Shown: piece after piece, positions 30,948 to 38,779 of the stretch
How positions within the stretch are numbered: position 1 is the stretch's first letter
Layout: every line of letters begins with the position of its first letter
Assembly: GCA_964496065.1 (NCBI GenBank)
Contig: CAZBXD010000002.1
Span: forward strand, 34,053 to 98,052
Length of the DNA stretch: 64,000 nt
Reading direction: 5' to 3'
DNA from: an uncultured Bdellovibrionales bacterium
Lineage (GTDB): Bacteria > Pseudomonadota > Alphaproteobacteria > Micavibrionales > SZUA-601
Position numbers and translations under genes: made by a program
Notes under the pieces: model-generated
Seen by the model: the letters and a program-made list of their open reading frames with translations, nothing else
Database searches by the model: none
Told to the model about the DNA's origin: nothing

Positions 30948-32801
30948 CTAGGCCGCAATGAGGCCTTTTTCAAGGGCATTCGCTAATCGACGCGCAAAAG
31001 CTGAGGAATCAAGGACGCTTTCACCCTCCATAATCCGTGCCTGATCCAGCAAGAGCCAGGCCGTATCTTTCGCCAAGTCGTTGTCCTGCCCACTATCGAG
31101 AACGGATTGTAATTTTTTAACCACTGCATGATCTTTGTTGACCTCTAAAATCCGCGTAAATGACTTATCGAGTTGATTATGCTGGCGCAGTAAACGCTCC
31201 AGATTCATATCAATATCGCCCTCGGCCGACACAAGGCGCACTGGGCTATCGGTCAGCGCATCGGTAAAGCGCACATCACGGACAGAAGTGCCCAACGTAT
31301 CTTTGATAAACAAGGCCAATGGATCAGTTTGCGCATCTTCTTTCTGGTCTTGCTTGTCATCAGTTTCAGGTTTATCAGCCTGAACCCGGGTAACAGATTT
31401 AAAAGCCTTCCCGTCAAAGCCATCGACCGCCGGCAACCAAAACTCATCAATCGATTCATCCAGAAGAAGCACTTCAAGCCCTTTAGCTTTAAAGCCTTCC
31501 AAATGCGGGCTAACCCGCATCGCCTCTATATTATCGCCGGTCAGGTAAAAAATCTCAGTCTGATCCGATTTCATTCGAGCGATATAGTCAGCCAGAGAGG
31601 TCGCCTCTTCCCCATGCGTGGTTTTGAAGCGCAGGATTTTGAAGATTTGCTCGCGATGGGTCACGTCCTCATAAAGGCCTTCTTTCAAGACAGCACCAAA
31701 ATTATGAAGGAAATCAGTATAGCCGGTTTTATCGGTCTCCGCCATTTTTTCAATCGTGCCTAAGACCTTTTTCGTGATCCCAGCACGAATTTTCGTGACC
31801 ACCGGGTTATTTTGCAGCATTTCGCGCGAGATGTTCAGTGGTAGATCCTCACTATCAATAACCCCCTTCAGGAAACGTAGGTATGGCGGGATCAACCCGT
31901 CGCAATTCTCAGTAATAAAGACACGCTTCACATAAAGCTTCACCGAATGATGTCGACGCGGATCATATAAATCAAACGGGCGCATCGATGGAATATACAA
32001 AAGGCCAGCATATTCAATCACGCCTTCGGCACGCCAATGAATAGTCATCCATGGCTCTCCTGGTGTATCGGTGATATGGGTATAGAAATTTTTGTGATCC
32101 TCATCCGAGACGCTACTTGAGGATTGTTGCCACAATGCGTTCGACTTATTCAGCACCGCGCCATCCATTTTAATGGGGATAGCAATATGGTCGGAATATT
32201 TGGTAACGATATGATCTATGCGCACCTCTTCCAAAAATTCCGTTGCATCCTCTTTGAGGTGAAGCGTGATCGTTGTCCCATTACTATCGCGTTTTGCTTC
32301 TTCAACCGTATAGCCAGACTTTCCATCAGATGACCAGTGATAGGCTTGTTTTTCGCCAGCCTTCAGCGTGACAACATCTACTTTATCAGCGACCATAAAA
32401 CTGGCATAAAACCCAACGCCAAATTGACCAATCATGTCCGCCTTTGCCTGAGTTTTTTTGCTAGTTTTCTTCTTTGACATTTGTTCAACCAGCGCAGCCG
32501 TGCCAGAACGGGCAATCGTGCCTAAATGGGTAATAAGGTCTTCACGGTTCATGCCCACACCATTATCGGTAATAGTCAGGGTTTTGGCCTCCTTATCCGC
32601 CGCAATGGTAATAGCATAGTCGGTAGATTGGCCTTTGAGTTTTTTATCGGTGAGGGTCAAATAACGGTGATGTTCACACGCATCCGATGCATTCGAGATC
32701 AATTCGCGCAAAAAGACTTCACGATCAGAATAGAGTGCGTTCGCCACGATATCGAGCAAACGTCCAACCTCGGCTTCAAAATTCATGGTTTCAGCTGTCA
32801 T
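30948..32801 (-). CDS. htpG: molecular chaperone HtpG (Hsp90)
   Basis: 617 aa with the N-terminal ATPase signature LYSDREVFLRELISNASDA and GQFGVGFYS. Confidence 0.95.
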   Translation of the reverse strand: MTAETMNFEAEVGRLLDIVANALYSDREVFLRELISNASDACEHHRYLTLTDKKLKGQSTDYAITIAADKEAKTLTITDNGVGMNREDLITHLGTIARSGTAALVEQMSKKKTSKKTQAKADMIGQFGVGFYASFMVADKVDVVTLKAGEKQAYHWSSDGKSGYTVEEAKRDSNGTTITLHLKEDATEFLEEVRIDHIVTKYSDHIAIPIKMDGAVLNKSNALWQQSSSSVSDEDHKNFYTHITDTPGEPWMTIHWRAEGVIEYAGLLYIPSMRPFDLYDPRRHHSVKLYVKRVFITENCDGLIPPYLRFLKGVIDSEDLPLNISREMLQNNPVVTKIRAGITKKVLGTIEKMAETDKTGYTDFLHNFGAVLKEGLYEDVTHREQIFKILRFKTTHGEEATSLADYIARMKSDQTEIFYLTGDNIEAMRVSPHLEGFKAKGLEVLLLDESIDEFWLPAVDGFDGKAFKSVTRVQADKPETDDKQDQKEDAQTDPLALFIKDTLGTSVRDVRFTDALTDSPVRLVSAEGDIDMNLERLLRQHNQLDKSFTRILEVNKDHAVVKKLQSVLDSGQDNDLAKDTAWLLLDQARIMEGESVLDSSAFARRLANALEKGLIAA

Positions 32802-32877
32802 TTTTTTATCCTTCCTTTAAGCAATAAAATGGTGAAAGCGCCCATAAAATATGAGTTTTTTATTGAAAAATCAAGTT

Positions 32878-34458
32878 CTATTCTTCTGGCTGCTTGCTAC
32901 CACCCATCATCCCCATAAGCATGCCGATATCTTGTCCATTGACCAAGATCCCACCATCGCGCGGCAGGTTGATATCAAGCCGAGTGACAGATTTGCCATC
33001 CAGTGTTTTTTCTGTCTTACCAAAACCTTGAACCATCATCACGCCCATTAAGGCTTGCTGTGCGATCATAGGGCCAAAAACATCCTTCGGTTTACCTTCT
33101 TCTGCTGGGGCAAGCGTTGATTCAGATATCTTTTGCTGCAAGGTTGACGTGACGATATCGAGGCCTGTCAATGCCAGGGCAAATTGTCCAACCATAATAT
33201 ACGGCGCGCCTTCGGTCGCGACAACCTGGCCATTCAGGTCAATCCCGGCACCAATCGGGGTTTTAACTGCAAAACGATTAATTTGATACTCTGTACCCGC
33301 CTCAACAAATTTTGATTTCAAGGCATCAACGTCAGGTAGCAAAGGTAAACGAGCAAGGTCTTGCGGTTGCAACCCTTTCTCTTCATCAACCATCCCAATA
33401 TCCATCTGCTCTTTTCCCCACTTTAAAATCATTTTAGTAAAATCCTGGCTGGGAAAATTACTGATTGTAATATGTGATGACATATCACTCGGCATCCATT
33501 GCATAATACGATCATTCGGATCACTCGTCATCCCAAAAAGATCAAATTGGGTATCAGCATCCATAAGACCTTCCTCACGGATCGCATAGGTGCTCTGACT
33601 AGTCATGGAGTCCATTTTAAATGATTGCTTTCCTTTAGGATCCCTAACAGTCATGGCTTGCAGAGAGAATTGTGTCTCCATTTCACTGAAATCAGGGCCA
33701 AGGGGCACACTAAACTCATCACTCTCAGCCTGCTCAACGAGCTTATTCATTTGATCGATAACCGAAAAATCAAGATCCGCGATATCATAGGTCATATTAA
33801 TCGTATCAATGGCCAGCGTATTTTTTTTGATTGCGCCTTTAGACTCTGGAATAACCGCGGAAACCCCCTGCAACTCAATTTGTCCAATAGCGTTTAATTT
33901 TTCACTATCCAAGCCTGGCTCATTCGTCCCATCAATGCTTAAGCTATCTAATTTGATTGCCACATTAGTTTCAGTATCCGTAAGAATAAGATTACCCATC
34001 TGACTTTTGAGTGCCTGAAACCAGCCCATCTTGGTATTCCATGTCCCGCTAAATTGTTGCGTGCCAATACGAGCCCTTGCAATAACGACCCCATTTTTAT
34101 CCTTTGTTGAAATCTCAGTCGGTAAAGCCATTGAGACCAACCACTTTGTGGGGTCTATATCCGGCACGAGATTGAGCGCGACAATACCATAATCGGTGAC
34201 TCTACCATCCGGTAGATCAACAAAGATCTGTGGGAAAGTGACCGCATAATAGGTTTCTGTTGGCTCAACTAACAAAGTCCCTTCAAGACGCACACTACTG
34301 CCACTTCCTTGAATTAATTTGTCAAATTTCTGCTGAAAAACCTTTTGAATTTCACCCGCTTTTTGCGGTGTAATCTCCTGTATAGCTTGAGCTCCTGATG
34401 CAATTATCAGGAAAAAAGTAAAAACAGACATAAAAAGAGAGAAGTTTTTGGTACGCAT
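32878..34458 (-). CDS. exported protein of unknown function
   Basis: 526 aa with a clear signal peptide (MRTKNFSLFMSVFTFFLIIASGAQA). I recognise no catalytic motif. The C-terminus is Met/Gly-rich. Confidence 0.5.
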   Translation of the reverse strand: MRTKNFSLFMSVFTFFLIIASGAQAIQEITPQKAGEIQKVFQQKFDKLIQGSGSSVRLEGTLLVEPTETYYAVTFPQIFVDLPDGRVTDYGIVALNLVPDIDPTKWLVSMALPTEISTKDKNGVVIARARIGTQQFSGTWNTKMGWFQALKSQMGNLILTDTETNVAIKLDSLSIDGTNEPGLDSEKLNAIGQIELQGVSAVIPESKGAIKKNTLAIDTINMTYDIADLDFSVIDQMNKLVEQAESDEFSVPLGPDFSEMETQFSLQAMTVRDPKGKQSFKMDSMTSQSTYAIREEGLMDADTQFDLFGMTSDPNDRIMQWMPSDMSSHITISNFPSQDFTKMILKWGKEQMDIGMVDEEKGLQPQDLARLPLLPDVDALKSKFVEAGTEYQINRFAVKTPIGAGIDLNGQVVATEGAPYIMVGQFALALTGLDIVTSTLQQKISESTLAPAEEGKPKDVFGPMIAQQALMGVMMVQGFGKTEKTLDGKSVTRLDINLPRDGGILVNGQDIGMLMGMMGGSKQPEE

Positions 34459-34580
34459 ATCAATAAATACAAACTAAGTTATTGGCTCAAGGATCAAATT
34501 ATATTAGGTTAATCACAAAGACAATACCACGATTCAACGGTAAAAAAGAAAAGACTGTGCTTATTAACACTACGATTTTA

Positions 34581-35519
34581 ATGACGTCGCTCGATACGCT
34601 TTCCATCACCCCAAAAGGTCAAATTATATGGACAGTTGATAATAAAACCTCGCCAATTGCACAACTCATTAAGGGCAGTACCGTCACCACGCCTGAAATA
34701 AAACTTCTCAGCACCGAACCAATCATGGCTGAGGACGCAAAGAAAATCACAAAACACTTGCAAACCTGGTTAAACGGTCATATTCAAACAATACTGGAGC
34801 CACTCTTTTCACTGGAAAATCTAGAAATTACCGGGGCCGCGAAAGGAATTTCTTTCCAGCTCTTTGAAAAATTTGGTTTTCTTTATCGCAAAGATGTGTT
34901 GGGCCTTATCAAAGAATTGAGTAAAGAAGATCGCCAGTTTTTAAGCAAGCGTGGTGTTCGCCTTGGCGCCTATTATGTTTATCAGCGTGATATGCTTAAG
35001 CCAGCGGCCGTTAACTTACGCGCCGCGCTATGGCTTAGCCATCATGGTGCTAATGAGCTTGCCATCACCCCGCCGGCCGGTAATGTCTCCATGGCGGTGG
35101 ACAAGCGTGCGCCAAAAGACTTTTACCGAACAATCGGTTTTCCAATTTTTGGGACCACTGCGGTACGCATGGACATGGTTGAGCGCGTTAATAGCGCGGT
35201 TTTTGATGGGGCTAAGGACGGAAAATATACGTTTGATCCAGCTCTCGCCTCTACGATTGGCGTCGGTGTTGACGCACTTTACCTTGTTCTTGCCGATCTT
35301 GGCTTTAAATATGAAACCATTACAGAAGAGATCACAACTAAAGACGTTAAAGAAGCGCCTGAGCAAAAAGAAACCCGCGTCTATCACCTGAAAAAAGCAC
35401 CGATTAAGCCGCATCGTCAGAAACGGCGTACTAATCAAAACAAGGCGGCACCAGAGTCTGAAAAAGAACCAGATCCAAACTCACCCTTTGCAGCTCTCCA
35501 GGGTCTGATCAAAAAATAA
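34581..35519 (+). CDS. stand-alone protein resembling only the C-terminal tail of alphaproteobacterial Suv3-like helicase-related proteins; basic Lys-rich end
   Basis: The segment GISFQLFEKFGFLYRKDV...LSKRGVRLGAYYVYQRDMLKPAAVNLRAALW matches my recollection of the helicase C-terminal extension. No helicase motifs are present. ATG at 34581 is preferred over the TTG at 34482. Confidence 0.35.
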   Translation: MTSLDTLSITPKGQIIWTVDNKTSPIAQLIKGSTVTTPEIKLLSTEPIMAEDAKKITKHLQTWLNGHIQTILEPLFSLENLEITGAAKGISFQLFEKFGFLYRKDVLGLIKELSKEDRQFLSKRGVRLGAYYVYQRDMLKPAAVNLRAALWLSHHGANELAITPPAGNVSMAVDKRAPKDFYRTIGFPIFGTTAVRMDMVERVNSAVFDGAKDGKYTFDPALASTIGVGVDALYLVLADLGFKYETITEEITTKDVKEAPEQKETRVYHLKKAPIKPHRQKRRTNQNKAAPESEKEPDPNSPFAALQGLIKK

Positions 35520-35521
35520 GA

Positions 35522-36793
35522 TTATCTGGTTTTTTTCTTCGCTGTTTTCTTAACACTACGCTTTTTATTCTTAGCTTGCTTCTCTTTCAGCAAATCTTCA
35601 TAGGCATCCAAAACCACGGCACACATATTTTCCAAGCTAAAGCTATTCGCAACATGATTCATTGCTGCTGTTGCTAGCTTAGCATGTTGCTTTTCTGTCA
35701 TGCTCAATGCTTCATCAATTGCCGCGGCTAAAGCCACTGGGTCATCAGGCGGAACCAACCATCCAGTTTTACCATCAAGTACAACCTCAGGCACAGCCCC
35801 AATATCAGTTGCAATTGTCGGACATCCCATCGCTTGCGATTCTGCCGCCATACGCCCAAAACCTTCTGGTACAATACTCGCCGCAATTGCTACAGAGGCA
35901 AGACTATAAGCAGCTGGCATATCATCACAAGGGCCATGCATGCGGATCATGCCTTCAACGCCAACCTTCTTAGCTAGATCACTTAACTCTTCTTGATATT
36001 GGCTGTTTTCTGGCTTCGCGCCAAAAATAGCACAATGCACTTCCTTATTTTTTAACAATGCTAAGGCCTCAATAAGAACATTTGGCCCCTTAATCCGGGT
36101 CAGACGCGACGGCAGAAGAATAATCGGACGATCGTCAGGTAAATCCAGCTTCTTTACCATGTTAATCCGGCGTTCTGCATTAACATTACTGGGGTGAAAT
36201 TTCTCAAGCGCAATCCCACGATAAGCAATGCTAATAACTTTTGGGTCAGCGCCATAATTATCAACAATATGATTAGCAATAAACTTCGAAATCGCGATAA
36301 TACGCTCTCCTTTTGCCATCACACTATTATAGCGCCGCTTCAATTCGGTTTTGAACTTATACGCGGCATGAAAGGTCGTCATATACGGAATACCTGTCAT
36401 TTGACATGCCTTATAAGCAACCCAACCCGGAGCACGAGAACGAGCATGAACAATATCAACATCATATTGTTGAATAATCTCAGCTAGTCTTTTCGCGTTT
36501 TTGTGGATTGTAAAAGGGTTTTTTGAATGCACAGGCAGATGAATATGTTCGCCACCTCGACGAGCAATCTCTGATGCCCAAACCCCTCCATTACTAACAA
36601 CAATGGGGATCCCACCGGCATCACGAATTGCTGATGCTACATCAACACAGGACCGCTCTGCCCCACCCATGTTTAAATTGGGAATAATTTGAAGAATAAC
36701 CGCTGGACTTCCATCAGCCTTTGTTAAATCAAACTCAGCATAGGGGTTTTCTTGAACGTTACCCACGTGTTGTTCTTTCTTTGCTTTTGCCAT
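35522..36793 (-). CDS. glycosyltransferase family 4 (GT-B fold) protein
   Basis: 423 aa with an N-terminal GGAERS motif and a C-terminal EGFGRMAAESQAMGCP...G (E-x7-E-like) motif. The tail is Lys-rich. Confidence 0.8.
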   Translation of the reverse strand: MAKAKKEQHVGNVQENPYAEFDLTKADGSPAVILQIIPNLNMGGAERSCVDVASAIRDAGGIPIVVSNGGVWASEIARRGGEHIHLPVHSKNPFTIHKNAKRLAEIIQQYDVDIVHARSRAPGWVAYKACQMTGIPYMTTFHAAYKFKTELKRRYNSVMAKGERIIAISKFIANHIVDNYGADPKVISIAYRGIALEKFHPSNVNAERRINMVKKLDLPDDRPIILLPSRLTRIKGPNVLIEALALLKNKEVHCAIFGAKPENSQYQEELSDLAKKVGVEGMIRMHGPCDDMPAAYSLASVAIAASIVPEGFGRMAAESQAMGCPTIATDIGAVPEVVLDGKTGWLVPPDDPVALAAAIDEALSMTEKQHAKLATAAMNHVANSFSLENMCAVVLDAYEDLLKEKQAKNKKRSVKKTAKKKTR

Positions 36794-36896
36794 TACCTTA
36801 AGCTATCCTTTCATATTCAAGCAGCTCTTTTTATTGATGCTTTGTTACGCTAACTTATTCATACGTCTCGATAACTTATACGCGGTAATTCTTGAT

Positions 36897-37649
36897 ATGG
36901 CAACCAAAACCCTCATTAGAAATAATAATGAAACCCTCGTCTATCAAACGGTTGAAGGCCGTTCCGATGAAGAAAAACCAGGTGTTGTTTTTCTCGGCGG
37001 CTCACAATCAAATATGAATGCCTCCAAAGCGACCGCCGTCAGCCTATTTTGTCAACAAGATGGCCGCGCTTGTACCCGGTTTGACTATTATGGTCACGGA
37101 AAATCGAGTGGACGATATGAAGAGGGCACCATTGGTCATTGGCTTGACGATACTCTCGCTATTATCGATAAGGTTACGACCGGGCCATTAATTCTTGTAG
37201 GGAGTAGTTTAGGCGGTTGGTTGATGATGCTCGCTGCACTCCACCGCCCAGAGCGGATTGTTAGACTCGTTGGCATTTCTGCGGCACCTGATTTTACTGA
37301 AGAGCTCATGTGGAATGAGCTGAGTGCACAACAAAAACAACAATTGGAAGCTGATGGTGTGCTTTACCTGCCCAATCCGTATTGTGATAACACCCCCTAT
37401 ATTATTGCACAAAAACTGATTGAAGAAGCGCGCGAGCATCTCCTGCTTCAAAACCCGATTGACATCCATTGCCCCGTCCATCTTTTACAAGGCATGCAAG
37501 ATAATGAGGTTCCAACCAATTATCCCATTCGTATTGCCAATCTATTAGCGAGTGAGAATGTGACGATAACCACCGTAAAAAATGCCGGCCATAGTTTTTC
37601 GCAACCAGAGCAACTGGATTTAATTATGAAAGCGATTGCGCAGGACTAA
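36897..37649 (+). CDS. alpha/beta hydrolase
   Basis: Nucleophile elbow GSSLGG and a C-terminal GHSF (catalytic His region). Start chosen at MATKTL (36897). Confidence 0.75.
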   Translation: MATKTLIRNNNETLVYQTVEGRSDEEKPGVVFLGGSQSNMNASKATAVSLFCQQDGRACTRFDYYGHGKSSGRYEEGTIGHWLDDTLAIIDKVTTGPLILVGSSLGGWLMMLAALHRPERIVRLVGISAAPDFTEELMWNELSAQQKQQLEADGVLYLPNPYCDNTPYIIAQKLIEEAREHLLLQNPIDIHCPVHLLQGMQDNEVPTNYPIRIANLLASENVTITTVKNAGHSFSQPEQLDLIMKAIAQD

Positions 37650-37653
37650 TGTT

Positions 37654-38616
37654 CTAAACAGAGGGAACTTGCTGCGCTACAGGAGTTTGTCCTTGCTGCC
37701 CAGTAATCTCTTGAGCATTTCCCTTAAATAATTTAGTGGCGCCATTAATAACCTGTTTTCCGACCCAAATCGGGAGAGCCAATCCAGTACTCCATTTGAA
37801 AACAAACCAACTTTTCTTGGCCACATCAACAAGATTTTCACCCCACCGTGTCATCATGACGGATGTTTTTGAGCTATCAAAATTAATGCCTATTTTTTCT
37901 AAAAAACTTGCCGTTTGATCAAGTGCATTTTCTTTAAATTGATTGACTTTTTCATTTAATCTTTTTGCTGCTTTACTACGCCCAAAAATATAAGCCCCTG
38001 CTAACGCGCCTATAGCGAGAAAATCATCTGCGTTTTCTAATAAACTATCCATGAAATTCCCCACGCCGTTGCCAACCTCACCAAGGCCGTCCATCATATC
38101 GGCTTTTTTTACAAATACCTGTTCAAAAATATCAGACCAATCGGCCAGTTCTGACGAACTATTACCTCCGGGTATATTATCTCCGTTAATACCCGCGCCG
38201 CTGTCAATGTCGACCGTTTCAACTTGAGAATTATCAACCCGCTCATGGTCTTTTAGGTCGGTTTCAGCCTTAACCTCGGTGGAGTCCTTAGGCTGTTCCT
38301 TGGTTTTTTGGTAAGTATCTTTAATTTTTTTATGGTTACCTCTATACGATTCAGGGATCCCTTTCTCACCAATTATACGACCTTGAATTTTTGACAAAAG
38401 CGGCTTTGATAAAAAATAAACTAATGGCCCAAGGCCCGCGGTAAAGAAAGCAATAGATCTCAGCGTCCGGACTGAAACCATCAACGGAAACTTTAATAGG
38501 CTCCCAAGAATTTTTGATAAGCTTGAGAGAATTTTTTTCCTAGTCTTAGGTTTATTTTTTTTATCCACTCTTTTACCATGAGTAGAACTTGATTTAGAGG
38601 AAATTTCCTTAGACAT
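37654..38616 (-). CDS. hypothetical membrane-associated protein with no recognisable family
   Basis: 320 aa from the ATG at 38616 (the track start at 38622 is TTG). It has a basic N-terminus, a hydrophobic hairpin, an acidic middle and a second hydrophobic region. It lies 163 nt downstream of the DotA-like gene on the same strand. Confidence 0.45.
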   Translation of the reverse strand: MSKEISSKSSSTHGKRVDKKNKPKTRKKILSSLSKILGSLLKFPLMVSVRTLRSIAFFTAGLGPLVYFLSKPLLSKIQGRIIGEKGIPESYRGNHKKIKDTYQKTKEQPKDSTEVKAETDLKDHERVDNSQVETVDIDSGAGINGDNIPGGNSSSELADWSDIFEQVFVKKADMMDGLGEVGNGVGNFMDSLLENADDFLAIGALAGAYIFGRSKAAKRLNEKVNQFKENALDQTASFLEKIGINFDSSKTSVMMTRWGENLVDVAKKSWFVFKWSTGLALPIWVGKQVINGATKLFKGNAQEITGQQGQTPVAQQVPSV

Positions 38617-38779
38617 CAACAATCATATCCTAAAAATATTTTACGAATATTGTAACACAAAGCAAAAAATTATGCAAATTAATCCGCCTGAAAAACTATG
38701 GTTTTGGTGGACCCTGTCCAGGCCTCCAAGGACTAGCAAGAGGCGGATTTTGCTGACTCTGGGCTTTTCCATCATCCTC

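Noticed and set aside
32847-32875. Possible RpoH (sigma-32)-type promoter upstream of htpG (CTTG-n18-CATATTT on the minus strand)
   Set aside because: It is only a partial match to the remembered consensus, and the spacing is uncertain. That is too weak to call as a feature.
38706-38720. TGGTGGACCCTGTCC as a degenerate direct repeat of the tRNA 3' end (TGGTGGGCCGGGAGG) marking an island boundary
   Set aside because: Only about 9-10 of 15 positions match, mostly the TGGTGG start. That is within chance expectation, and no integrase supports it.
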